From Huintestinicola sp. (lineage in GTDB: Bacteria > Bacillota > Clostridia > Oscillospirales > Ruminococcaceae), in assembly GCA_051882495.1 (NCBI GenBank), contig JBJERX010000108.1, positions 16,291 to 80,290 of the forward strand: 64,000 nucleotides of DNA. Direction: 5' to 3'. Positions 29,191 to 39,495 of this stretch are shown in pieces. Each line of letters begins with the position of its first letter. Positions within the stretch are counted from its first letter, which is position 1. Below the pieces are notes generated by a model. That model was not told the DNA's origin. It saw only the letters and a list, made by a program, of their open reading frames with translations, and did no database searches. Position numbers and translations under genes: made by a program.

Positions 29191-32100
29191 ATGGCAAAGC
29201 TAAGTCGAAAGCCAAAGGCTGTAAAGGGTGCAGTGCTGATAATGGTACTTACCGTACTTGCAGTAATGCTCATTATGCTTGCAGGTGCGATCTCCATCGC
29301 TGCAAATGCGAGCAAGTCAGCCCTGGTTAAACATTCACAGACCCAGTCCTACTATTTTGCTAAGTCCTCGGTGGATATGATCCTTGATACTCTTCTGACG
29401 GACAACGGAAACGTTGAAGGAAGTAACGGCACAAGTCATGACCTTTCCCTCGGCGGCAAATCTCAGGGTCTTGTGCTTCAGGAAGCCATGATCGGTGAAC
29501 TGGATTTCTCAGACCCTAGCAACATGACATATGACATTACAAAATCGCTTACTCCTTCATATATCCATGACAACACAGGTTCAATGATCCCCAACCCCGC
29601 TGTCAGAAACAAGAATAACTTAATTGAATTTGAAGTAACAGGAGATTCTCTTAAATCTCTTGGTATGGACGATGATACAGCTTACGCAAAGGTTACAATG
29701 GAGCTTATCTACTGCGTATATGCAGGTATTGACGGCTCAGGAAACCCAGCGGACTTTGAAAAGAAGAATTCTGATTCAACTGCTGTCAAGGGCAAGTCCA
29801 CAGGTAAGATCCAGCTTGACCCTGAAGCAGCCGATACAGACTTTATCAGAGGCATGAATGTTAAGCTTACGGTTGAAGCTTACTCAGGCGACACAAGCGG
29901 CGAGCAGCCTACCTATGTATCCGTATTTATCGGTCCCGAGTATCAGGTTCCCGATATCAACGGTAAGGGTGCAAGCTCACCCGGAAGCGTAAACAACAAT
30001 GCTAACGGAAGTATCTTCGGCGGTATCACAACAGGCGGCGACTATTTCTGGAACAACGTTGGTGATATCTACGACAGCGTTTTCATTAACGGTGAGTTAA
30101 GAGTTGAATCCCAGAAGAACTACTATCTCGGTCAGTCTCAGTCTATTGTTGTAAACGGAAAGCTTACAGCAGCCAATAATCAGACCTTTATGGGTGTTGA
30201 TTTGGAGCAGGTAGGTGACGAGGACAGAGACCATCCCTTCATTTTTGTAAACGGAGAGGTTACCGGAAGCGGATGTACACTTATTTTCGGCAGCAAGAGT
30301 CAGACCTATAGAAATATAGATCTTATCTGCCGCAGCCTTACTCTCACAGGTCAGGGCGTGTATGTAGCAGGCGATACATATATCGCTGATAAGCTTGACA
30401 CAAGCCAGCAGAACAACCCCATAAGCAACGGCACTGTTTTCGACGGAGATCTCTATATAGCTGACCGTACAGGTGCATCTCATATCTTCTTCAGCAATGC
30501 CGATACAGTAAAGCCTAATTTCAACAATGCAATTACCAACAGCGGTATAGATTTTTCACAGCTGGGCTTATCCGGCAACGGAAACCTCTTTAATGGTCTT
30601 AACAACATGAGAGATGCATCAGGACTTCTTACATGTCTTAATAGGCTCTGCTCGGGAGATATCTATTTCCTGTTTGATATGGTAAATGATGATACAAATC
30701 TTAGTGCATCAGACAGACCCACTAAGGAAGGTAAATTCAACTGGAGCCCCAACTGGGATCCCACTACACCCGGTGACTATACCATCGGATGCCGTGATCT
30801 TGGACTGATCTACTATACTATAATGCTTTATCAGGATTTCTGTATGAGAGAGCCTACAGCAATATACGATACCACATACGATCAGATCCTGGCTAAGCTT
30901 CACCCTATTTCCAGCAAGGAGCATGTATGGCTTGCCCCCGATGATTATACTAAGGCATCAACACCTGCTCATACATTAACTAACAATGTTAACAATGCAC
31001 TTACCGATCCCGCTGAATACTCATTAGGTATGTATGCTCTGAATACCTATTTTTCAGGCTGGAATCAGGAGGGTTATTATGAGCCCTACATCGTAGAAGG
31101 CATGAAGTACATGATCCAGGTAGATGATATCATCAGTGCGGATTATGTATTTGAAAATGTTATGGATTCCATCACAATGACTCCCGATACATGGAACTTC
31201 AGCTACGGTATTGTTGATAAGCCGCCTCTTTCCTACAAGATAGAGGTTGAGGATGAGCCTGAATTCAAGATCAATGTTACACTTCCTAAGGGTAACGCAT
31301 CCAAGAGGCTTGATACTTCTGATTCTGAGGTAATGGCAGGCTATAATCCTTCCGAACCTGATGACGTTCCCAGCAGATACGGTATGAACCGAACTATTAT
31401 CAAGGTCACAACCCTTATGAACGAGTTCAGAGACAACATTCTCATTAATAACGGAAAGTTTGTTCCCGAGAACCCAAATGTTGGAAAGAACTACTTCCTC
31501 AGATATGTATGGGAGGTTCCGGACGGAACCACAGGTCACTTCAAGACTGAGGATGCAAAGTTCACCATATACGATCGTACAAAGAACGACTTAGCCTCTG
31601 AGTACTGGTATGACTATCTTGAAAACATCGCTCTTGATATGGCAAAGCTTCATAATCAGCACTTTGCGGACAGCTCTGTAAAGCTTAACGGTGAACAGTA
31701 TTTCAATGCATTATTTGAACTGTTTAACGGAGTAAAGGGTATAGATAATGTAAACGGAAAGAAGGGCTCTGTAGCCGGTCAGCCAATTGACCACTACTAT
31801 TCGCCCGGAACTCCTATTAACGACGGCACACCCGGAGCTGAGCACAAGCCGTGGGATAAGCAGGTAACCGACCTGAACGGTAACAGCAGATACCTTGGTC
31901 TTTCAGGATATGATAAGATCACCTGGGATGACAACATCAAAAATATCGACTTTGTTTCATCAGTAGACAGAGTAATGGCTAATGTACCCGGCATTACCTT
32001 CAGCAAGGCAGGAGATCTCTCATCCTTTGGCACCGGTGTTACTATTTACGATTCCTCACAGTTCAGAGAAGGAAATGTTACATACATCGATCCTTCAGCA

Positions 32101-32712
32101 ACTCCTGTAATCTATTTGCAGCCGGGCAGCTATGCAGGTAATCTGGTCAAGACCGGTACAGGTGAGCTTACTATCCTTATGGACGGTGACTACTACTTGA
32201 ACAAGTTCTATATCATGGATGAGGACTTCTATACAAATGTTCAGCAGGTAAGCGGAAGTAAGGATCACACAGGCTACGAACAAGCGGGAACTAAAGAAAC
32301 CGGCGGTTATCTGGCTAATTATCACGATGTCCAGTATCCGAACATCAAGATATATCTTGGCGATAAGCTTTCCTCTGCATATGTCGGCGGTTCAGCAAGA
32401 TCCACATTGATCAACACACAGAACGGCGGCGTACTTGAAGGCTACTACTATGGTCCTTATGCATCCATGAATCTTCAGGTAGGTCACTCCAACAGTTCAA
32501 ATTTCCGCTATCACACAAGTCGTACAGATTCCAACCTTCACAAAGATTATAATATCAGTATGGATGTTGTTGGAAGCTTGTTCATCGGTGATCTTTCTGT
32601 CAGAAACAACCTTAATATTATCTACGTAGAACCTGATAAGACCAGAGGCTACGAGGATGGTAAGGCATTCATCCCATGGACAGTATCCTCCCTTGGCTAT
32701 GGAAGAGGGTGA
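29191..32712 (+). CDS. Giant (1,173 aa) PilX/GspK-like minor pilin, candidate tip adhesin
   Basis: Class III signal MAKLSRKPKAVKG|AVLIMVL lacking Glu5, as in K/X pilins; large G/N/D/Y-rich extracellular region; start moved to ATG 29191. Confidence 0.7.
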   Translation: MAKLSRKPKAVKGAVLIMVLTVLAVMLIMLAGAISIAANASKSALVKHSQTQSYYFAKSSVDMILDTLLTDNGNVEGSNGTSHDLSLGGKSQGLVLQEAMIGELDFSDPSNMTYDITKSLTPSYIHDNTGSMIPNPAVRNKNNLIEFEVTGDSLKSLGMDDDTAYAKVTMELIYCVYAGIDGSGNPADFEKKNSDSTAVKGKSTGKIQLDPEAADTDFIRGMNVKLTVEAYSGDTSGEQPTYVSVFIGPEYQVPDINGKGASSPGSVNNNANGSIFGGITTGGDYFWNNVGDIYDSVFINGELRVESQKNYYLGQSQSIVVNGKLTAANNQTFMGVDLEQVGDEDRDHPFIFVNGEVTGSGCTLIFGSKSQTYRNIDLICRSLTLTGQGVYVAGDTYIADKLDTSQQNNPISNGTVFDGDLYIADRTGASHIFFSNADTVKPNFNNAITNSGIDFSQLGLSGNGNLFNGLNNMRDASGLLTCLNRLCSGDIYFLFDMVNDDTNLSASDRPTKEGKFNWSPNWDPTTPGDYTIGCRDLGLIYYTIMLYQDFCMREPTAIYDTTYDQILAKLHPISSKEHVWLAPDDYTKASTPAHTLTNNVNNALTDPAEYSLGMYALNTYFSGWNQEGYYEPYIVEGMKYMIQVDDIISADYVFENVMDSITMTPDTWNFSYGIVDKPPLSYKIEVEDEPEFKINVTLPKGNASKRLDTSDSEVMAGYNPSEPDDVPSRYGMNRTIIKVTTLMNEFRDNILINNGKFVPENPNVGKNYFLRYVWEVPDGTTGHFKTEDAKFTIYDRTKNDLASEYWYDYLENIALDMAKLHNQHFADSSVKLNGEQYFNALFELFNGVKGIDNVNGKKGSVAGQPIDHYYSPGTPINDGTPGAEHKPWDKQVTDLNGNSRYLGLSGYDKITWDDNIKNIDFVSSVDRVMANVPGITFSKAGDLSSFGTGVTIYDSSQFREGNVTYIDPSATPVIYLQPGSYAGNLVKTGTGELTILMDGDYYLNKFYIMDEDFYTNVQQVSGSKDHTGYEQAGTKETGGYLANYHDVQYPNIKIYLGDKLSSAYVGGSARSTLINTQNGGVLEGYYYGPYASMNLQVGHSNSSNFRYHTSRTDSNLHKDYNISMDVVGSLFIGDLSVRNNLNIIYVEPDKTRGYEDGKAFIPWTVSSLGYGRG

Positions 32713-32717
32713 GCAGC

Positions 32718-33200
32718 ATGACTAAAACTAAAATGACAAAGGGATTTACGCTGGTTGAGGTTATCGTTGCCCTTGCGATCCTCGGAGTTCTTTCGGTATC
32801 GCTGGCTACGATGGCTGCATCCCTTAAATCCTACACAATAACCAATAACCAGCTCTTTGACCGTGATAATGAGCAGCAGCAGTATGTTGAGAACGGGATC
32901 AAATCAGACGGCTCCAACTCTGCAGTTTATGTATCGGTGGACAGAGACCTGGCAACAAAAAATGACACATACAGAACACAGTATGCAGACTCCAGATTCG
33001 ACAGTTCTCAGGACATATTCTTCGATATGCAGGCTACAGGCGGCAATACTGCCGCTCTGAACGGCACTGCGAATATCTACGAGCACTGCGTTGTATACCA
33101 TGTATACGACATTGAGGACGGTCACGTAAATACTGCCGACAATGATTCCCTTAAGCTGGATTATTACTATTTCAGTGCAGATGCGGAAGCGTATGAGTAA
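32718..33200 (+). CDS. Minor pilin (PilV/GspI-like position)
   Basis: MTKTKMTKG|FTLVEVIVALAIL; 160 aa from ATG 32718. Confidence 0.85.
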   Translation: MTKTKMTKGFTLVEVIVALAILGVLSVSLATMAASLKSYTITNNQLFDRDNEQQQYVENGIKSDGSNSAVYVSVDRDLATKNDTYRTQYADSRFDSSQDIFFDMQATGGNTAALNGTANIYEHCVVYHVYDIEDGHVNTADNDSLKLDYYYFSADAEAYE

Positions 33201-33209
33201 GGGGGCAGC

Positions 33210-34001
33210 ATGATGAAAAAGATCAAGGCATTTACCCTGATTGAGCTTATTGTCGTAATGGCAATTATGAGCGGTCTCATGCTTGCGATCATGAAGATCT
33301 TTGATCCCGTTAACGCACTTTACGCTGATACGAAGGTCATTTCGCATCAGCGTGAAGTTGAAAGCGGTATTGCTCAGTATATCTGCGAGAATGTCAGAAA
33401 TGCAAGCAGCATAGGTGTTTATCAGGGAAGCAGCTATACAGCACAGTCTGCTGTAAACGCTTTCCTGGCAAATAACCCTACCGATTATAAGGGCAAACCT
33501 ATTGACGCAAAGCAGATCGATGTGATCGGCATCATTTACGACAAGGATTTCGCTTATCAAGGTAACACCTACAAGGGTCGTGTGATCAGAAAGCGTCAGG
33601 ATGCAACATATACATTCAATGAGAGCGTTTTCAACAGCGACGGTTCAACTGATTTCTATGTAGCCATGGGCGATGCTTATTACGGCACAGCCGATTACTA
33701 TGTACAGATCACAGATTTCTCAGCAGCAGGTATGAGTATCCAGGTTGACAGCGATTACTTCTATGGCAACAACCGCGACAGATACCTTACTAAGACTGAC
33801 AGCGGCTCAATAACAACTAATCTTTCAAAAAGATCTCTTAAGTTCGAGAATCCCAACATCAAGGTAAACGGTTCAACAGGTTCAGATAAAGCAAACTTTA
33901 CTTACATCATTGATGACAGCGGTTTCGACGATGAGGTCGGCTCAAGAACAAAGCAGCAGAACACTTATATAGTGTTCTTTAAGGATCAGTTCTATACGTA
34001 A
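33210..34001 (+). CDS. Minor pilin (PilW/GspJ-like position)
   Basis: MMKKIKA|FTLIELIVVMAIM; 263 aa. Confidence 0.85.
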   Translation: MMKKIKAFTLIELIVVMAIMSGLMLAIMKIFDPVNALYADTKVISHQREVESGIAQYICENVRNASSIGVYQGSSYTAQSAVNAFLANNPTDYKGKPIDAKQIDVIGIIYDKDFAYQGNTYKGRVIRKRQDATYTFNESVFNSDGSTDFYVAMGDAYYGTADYYVQITDFSAAGMSIQVDSDYFYGNNRDRYLTKTDSGSITTNLSKRSLKFENPNIKVNGSTGSDKANFTYIIDDSGFDDEVGSRTKQQNTYIVFFKDQFYT

Positions 34002-34020
34002 CTTACTCTGTCAGGCAATA

Positions 34021-34058
34021 AAAAATCCCGTGCCGTTCTGCACGGCACGGGGATTTTT
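34021..34058. terminator. Bidirectional terminator
   Basis: aaaaatcccgtgccgt..acggcacgggattttt between convergent genes. Confidence 0.75.
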
Positions 34059-34064
34059 TACTGT

Positions 34065-35072
34065 TCATCCCTTGGGGAACAGCCCAAGGTAAAGATCAAT
34101 AAGATAACCGTTTATGAATGCCGCAATGGCAAGTCCGATTATCAGAAATGGTCCGAAAGCAAATACATTGGAATCCTCTTTCTCCGGATCCGATCTGGAT
34201 TTCAGGATGATTCCGTAGATCGCTCCAAGAAAAACTGCGATAACTCCGGCAGTTATGGTTGGTTTAAGTCCAAGCATAAGTCCTCCGGCAGCCATGAGTA
34301 TAACATCTCCCATTCCGAAGCCGTACACAGGGCCTTCTTCCTTGATCGCATTTTCAAGCTCGTTTTTGCGGGCTGCAAGCTTCTTATATCTCGGGTCGGA
34401 CTCGGAAATGGTGCTCAGATTCTTTTTTACACCTCTTAATTCCTTACGCTCCTCGCTTACAAAAAGATTGTAGAAAAGGGGAGTAAGTACAAATCCGAAT
34501 ACCAGAAGAACAAGACTTACGGAAAGCATTCCGTAGATCCCATCACGAAGATCCGTTTCAGGCAAACGAAGAAGTGCTCTTCCGTTTGACTGCTTTATCA
34601 TAGCCATTATTTGTGTGGCAAGTGCGATTATTCCCGTGTAAACAAGGACGGAAACGCACATTTCACGGTTGTCGATATCCTGGAAGCAGAGAACGATCAA
34701 TCCGCAGATGAATAAACTCAGCATCACAGGATAAAGACCATACTCAATAACGTCGTATCTCATGAAAACTCCTACAAACAGAAGTCCTGTCATGGATTCG
34801 ATTATCATGTATCTGGGGGTTATCCTTGCTCCGCAGGCTCTGCACTTTCCCTTGAGTATCAGCCAGGAAAGCACCGGTATAAGATCATAACGCTTGATCT
34901 CCGTTCCGCAGGTCATACAGTGGGAGTTACGCTTGACAAGGGATTCACCAAGGGGAAGTCTGTAGATGCATACATTCAGAAAGCTTCCGATTGTGATACC
35001 GAAAAGGAATACGATAACCATCATGGTCACATTATAAATGAGCTCGATGGTCTCAACACTGAGATTCGCCAT
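34065..35072 (-). CDS. pilD: Prepilin peptidase/N-methyltransferase
   Basis: IGSFLNVCIYRLP, SHCMTC, GKCRAC, first catalytic Asp in QDID, GFGMGDV, FAFGPFL. Confidence 0.93.
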   Translation of the reverse strand: MANLSVETIELIYNVTMMVIVFLFGITIGSFLNVCIYRLPLGESLVKRNSHCMTCGTEIKRYDLIPVLSWLILKGKCRACGARITPRYMIIESMTGLLFVGVFMRYDVIEYGLYPVMLSLFICGLIVLCFQDIDNREMCVSVLVYTGIIALATQIMAMIKQSNGRALLRLPETDLRDGIYGMLSVSLVLLVFGFVLTPLFYNLFVSEERKELRGVKKNLSTISESDPRYKKLAARKNELENAIKEEGPVYGFGMGDVILMAAGGLMLGLKPTITAGVIAVFLGAIYGIILKSRSDPEKEDSNVFAFGPFLIIGLAIAAFINGYLIDLYLGLFPKG

Positions 35073-35324
35073 TTTATCAGTCTCCTTTGATTATGAAAAT
35101 TCAGCCTTTTTACGGGCTATGATATATATTAGCATATAATTCAGCTTTTTTCAAGGGATTTGCCCATAATTTGCAAAACTTGACGGCTTTATGCCGTTCA
35201 GACATAAAGCTTCCGTTCAGCTATCCGCAGTATGCGGAACGGAAGCATATCCGATGACGATCTCCATAAGCTTCGGCAGTTCGGATATATAATTTCCAGG
35301 TCTGCGGAGAAGGAGCTATGCAAA

Positions 35325-37016
35325 ATGAAAAATACACCTATCGGTCAGTACATGGTCAATGAGGGAATCATTACCGAAGAGCAGCTGCAGACAGCCCTTG
35401 ACGCCAAGAAAAATGACAATACCCCCGGTAAATTTTTCGGTGATTATGTTGTTGAGCTTGGCTATGTTACCGACGTTCAGTTCGGACAGGTCCTGGCACG
35501 TAAGAACAACCTTACTTTCATTGACCTGGATGATCCCGAGACCCCAATCGATGTTGAAGCCGTAAAGAAGATACCTGAGGCACTTGCAAGAAAGCATACG
35601 ATCATTGCCATCAAGGTCACAGGTAAGCGTCTTACAGTTGCATCCTACGACCCTGTTAACTTCTATATTTTCGAGGATATCAAGGTTACAACGGGTATGG
35701 ACGTTGTTCCCGTTCTCGCAACTAAGGCAGCTATCACCAAGGCTATCGGAAAGATATACTCCAACGCTAACGTTTCAAACGTTATCGACTCCGTTGAGAA
35801 TCAGTTCCAGAATGATACCGGCCTTTCAGATGCGGAACTTGAAGCTGCTGAGCGTATTGATAATGCTCCTATCGTTAAGCTCTGTACAACTATCGTCGAA
35901 AACTCCTTCCGTGCAGGTGCGACGGATATTCATATCGAGCCCTTCAAGACCTATACACGTATCCGTATCCGTGTTAACGGCGACCTTGTTGAGCTTATGA
36001 ACGTTTCAAACGTTGTACATAACTCGCTTATCACACGTATCAAGATCATTTCCGGCATGAACATCGCCGAGAAGCGTGTTCCTCAGGACGGACGTTTCAC
36101 TCAGGTAGTTGACGGAACCACTCTTGATGTCCGTGTATCTAACCTTCCTACTGTAAACGGCGAAAAGTGCGTTATCCGTATCCTGGCAACAGGTGATGTT
36201 GGTGTAAGAAAGATCACCGATCTTGGTATGACTGACTATAACTATCAGAGATTTGCAAGAGCTATCAAGGTTCCTCAGGGCGTGCTCCTGGTTACAGGAC
36301 CTACAGGTTCAGGTAAAACAACTACACTTTATGCCGCTCTCGGTGAGCTTGCTAAGCCAAACGTTAACGTTATTACCGTAGAGGACCCTGTCGAAAAGAA
36401 TATCGAAGGTATCAACCAGTGTCAGGTTAATACCAAGGCAGGTATGACATTCGCCGCTGCCCTCCGTTCTATCCTCCGTCAGGACCCGGATATCGTAATG
36501 GTCGGAGAAATGCGTGACCAGGAAACAGCCGAGATCGCTATCCGTGCTGCTATCACCGGTCATATGGTGCTTTCCACACTTCATACAAACGATGCTGCTT
36601 CCACAGTAACCCGTCTGGTAGATATGGGCGTTGCTCCCTACATGGTTGCAACTTCACTTATCGGTATCGTTGCACAGAGACTTTGTAAAAAGGTCTGCCC
36701 CGAGTGTAAAACTCCCCGTGTTTCCAATGAGGAAGAGAACGAGCTTATGGGTATCGCCGAGTCCATCACCATCTATGACGCATGCGGATGCCCCAAGTGC
36801 AATAACACAGGCTATACAGGCCGTACCGCTATCCATGAGATCCTTCTCTGTACACCTAACATGGCTCAGCTCATCGCTGCTGACGGTAAGGTTGACCAGA
36901 TCAGTGCACTTGCCCGTTCCGAGGGCTGCAAGCTTCTTCGTGATAACGTATCCGAGCTTGTTCAGGAGGGTACAACTACTATTGATGAGCTTGTAAAGCT
37001 CACATTCGCTATCTGA
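35325..37016 (+). CDS. pilB: Type IV pilus extension ATPase with MshEN-like N-terminus
   Basis: GATDIHIEP, VPQDGRF, GPTGSGKTTT, LRQDPD..GEMRD, TGHMVLSTLHTND, CPEC/CPKC Zn motif; AGGAG RBS before ATG 35325. Confidence 0.95.
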   Translation: MKNTPIGQYMVNEGIITEEQLQTALDAKKNDNTPGKFFGDYVVELGYVTDVQFGQVLARKNNLTFIDLDDPETPIDVEAVKKIPEALARKHTIIAIKVTGKRLTVASYDPVNFYIFEDIKVTTGMDVVPVLATKAAITKAIGKIYSNANVSNVIDSVENQFQNDTGLSDAELEAAERIDNAPIVKLCTTIVENSFRAGATDIHIEPFKTYTRIRIRVNGDLVELMNVSNVVHNSLITRIKIISGMNIAEKRVPQDGRFTQVVDGTTLDVRVSNLPTVNGEKCVIRILATGDVGVRKITDLGMTDYNYQRFARAIKVPQGVLLVTGPTGSGKTTTLYAALGELAKPNVNVITVEDPVEKNIEGINQCQVNTKAGMTFAAALRSILRQDPDIVMVGEMRDQETAEIAIRAAITGHMVLSTLHTNDAASTVTRLVDMGVAPYMVATSLIGIVAQRLCKKVCPECKTPRVSNEEENELMGIAESITIYDACGCPKCNNTGYTGRTAIHEILLCTPNMAQLIAADGKVDQISALARSEGCKLLRDNVSELVQEGTTTIDELVKLTFAI

Positions 37017-37100
37017 TTTATTCATATTACAGTATCATAGATTCAGACAAAGTATATTGCAGCTATGCTGTTACAATATTATCAAATGGAGGTAAAACAA

Positions 37101-38201
37101 ATGGATATTGATATCGAAAAAAGATCGGACAGAGTGGTTATCAATATTGATAAGATTCTGGACGAGGCTCGTGTACTGGGATGCTCTGACGTGCATTTCA
37201 CTACCAAAATATCCCCCATTGTAAGACTTCACGGCTCACTCCGTAAGCTCAGCTCTTATCCCGAGATGACTGACGGTGCTATTATGAAGCTTGTTGAGCA
37301 GATGACAGGCGGAAGAAACATCGAAAATATCAAGAATAGGATCGATACAGACTTCTCCTACGTAACACGAAGAGGTTACCGTCACAGAGTTAACGTATAT
37401 CATCAGAGAGGTGACACAGCCATCGCTATCCGTCTCCTGAGAAATGATATCCCTACTCTTGAAGATCTTGACCTGCCCCCCGTTCTCGGTGATTTCGCAA
37501 TGCGTCCCAGAGGACTTATCCTCGTAACAGGACCTACAGGTTCCGGTAAGTCAACAACTCTGGCTGCTATGATCGACTTTGTAAACATCAACAGATCAGC
37601 TCACGTTATCACAGTTGAGGACCCTATCGAGTATATTCACGAGCATAAGAGATGTATGATAAACCAGAGAGAGGTCGGAGACGACGTTGAGTCCTTCGCA
37701 CTTTCACTCCGTGCCGCACTCCGTGAAGACCCCGATGTTATCCTCGTAGGAGAAATGCGTGACTACGAAACAATCAACGCTGCCGTAACTGCCGCTGAAA
37801 CAGGTCACCTTGTTATGAGTACACTTCATACAACCTGTGCAGCCGATACTATCAACCGTATCATCGACGTATTCCCCGCTCACCAGCAGGGTCAGATCCG
37901 TACACAGCTTGCAACTGTTCTCGTAGGTATCTGTGCTCAGACGCTTATTCCCCGTGCTGACGGCAAGGGACGAGTTGCTGCTCTTGAGATCCTTAATGCA
38001 ACCGACTCCATCAAGGCTATGATACGTGATAACAAGGTCCACCTTATCCAGACTGCTATCCAGACCGGACGCAAGGACGGAATGGTATGTCTCGATCAGG
38101 AGCTTGCACGTATGACTAAGGAAGGCATCATCACTGAGCTTCATGCCCGTGAAAAGAGCCTTGACATCGCAGAGTTCGAGCGTTATCTCAAGGCACTGTA
38201 A
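37101..38201 (+). CDS. pilT: Type IV pilus retraction ATPase
   Basis: GPTGSGKSTT, EDPIEY, LREDPDVILVGEMRD, AAETGHLVMSTLHT, QIRTQLA; GGAGG RBS before ATG 37101. Confidence 0.95.
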   Translation: MDIDIEKRSDRVVINIDKILDEARVLGCSDVHFTTKISPIVRLHGSLRKLSSYPEMTDGAIMKLVEQMTGGRNIENIKNRIDTDFSYVTRRGYRHRVNVYHQRGDTAIAIRLLRNDIPTLEDLDLPPVLGDFAMRPRGLILVTGPTGSGKSTTLAAMIDFVNINRSAHVITVEDPIEYIHEHKRCMINQREVGDDVESFALSLRAALREDPDVILVGEMRDYETINAAVTAAETGHLVMSTLHTTCAADTINRIIDVFPAHQQGQIRTQLATVLVGICAQTLIPRADGKGRVAALEILNATDSIKAMIRDNKVHLIQTAIQTGRKDGMVCLDQELARMTKEGIITELHAREKSLDIAEFERYLKAL

Positions 38202-38621
38202 TTATTACAGCTTGTTTACAGAAATTATTCGTTATCTTTGGTGCGTCGGGACACGATTTTTACATATTTTTTACACATCCTTGAAAATGTGTAATAATTA
38301 TTGTGCATGATGCACTAAAGATTAACGTTTATCGCTGATTTTGTTGAATTTAATGTATTTATGTAATTTTTCGGGTTTTAAGTTGCAATATGTGAATAAA
38401 AAATATAATGTGTAATAATTAAATATTTACATGTCATGTTATGATAATGAAAAAACACTTTACAAAATATTTGAAATCGGAAAAATTGCAAAAATTAGTG
38501 ATTGACAGATTGCGGCAACTAAAGTTTTTGGTGAAAACGACGGAAAGAGTTGGCAAAAAAATGCCGTATATGAAAAGATAACCAAATTCACAAAATTAGA
38601 GAAAAAAATATCTAAAAAGTA

Positions 38622-38650
38622 TTGACTTTTAGATTTGAATGTACTATAAT
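38622..38650 (+). promoter_or_regulatory. Strong sigma-A promoter of the pilin pair
   Basis: TTGACT-17 bp-TATAAT. Confidence 0.7.
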
Positions 38651-38737
38651 GATATCAAGGTCAGAGGATAAAACAAATATCCTTAAAGCCAAGATACATT
38701 GGTACTAAACTTCTATACTATTACAGGAGGGAGTCCA

Positions 38738-39421
38738 ATGAGCAGTAAAGCTTCTAAAGGAAGCAGAAGAGTACTGAAAGCGTTTACCCTTCTTGAGCTT
38801 GTAATTGTAATTGCTATAATCGGCATTCTTGCCGGAATCGCAGTTCCGAACTTCATAACGTTCAGAAGAACGGCTAAGATCGATGCGGCAAATGCAAATG
38901 CTCAGGAGGTTTTCAATGCGGCACAGAATTATCTGGTTAGCCTTGAAGTAAACGGCAGAGATGCATCTAAGTACTTCGGCAAGGATGGCTCAACTAAGCT
39001 CGGCTATATCTTCGTAGATTACGGGTTAGGCAAGCAGAGATCAAGCGTACCTGCCGATGAAGAAGGAGATACTGTTAAGACCAGTGATATCCTCGCATGT
39101 GCTACAGGTGCTGTACCGGCAAACGTTAAGGATGCCTGCGACGGAATCACAGCAAATCTTTCAAGTGAGGTTGAAGGCAGCTGGCTCGTAGCAGTTTATC
39201 CCGATACATATACGGTAAAGTATGTTGTGTTCTCCAATGAACCTTGCAAGTCTTCAGGTTCCGGCTGTATGTACAATGTTGATGCAGTTGAGGCAGTGGG
39301 TATGCCGGACACAGGAACACTGTATACCGGAAAATACGGATATGCTACTGCAGGAACTCAGGAGTATGAGCTTAAAACAAATCCTGATAATGCATTCACA
39401 GGTCAGTACCCAATCCCATAA
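38738..39421 (+). CDS. Type IV pilin (227 aa)
   Basis: AGGAGG RBS; MSSKASKGSRRVLKA|FTLLELVIVIAIIGIL. Confidence 0.9.
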   Translation: MSSKASKGSRRVLKAFTLLELVIVIAIIGILAGIAVPNFITFRRTAKIDAANANAQEVFNAAQNYLVSLEVNGRDASKYFGKDGSTKLGYIFVDYGLGKQRSSVPADEEGDTVKTSDILACATGAVPANVKDACDGITANLSSEVEGSWLVAVYPDTYTVKYVVFSNEPCKSSGSGCMYNVDAVEAVGMPDTGTLYTGKYGYATAGTQEYELKTNPDNAFTGQYPIP

Positions 39422-39495
39422 TTATGTATAACTGAAAGCAAAAGGCTTTCTGCTTATAAAAAACAAAAAACATATTTAAGAAGGAGGAATTTCCA

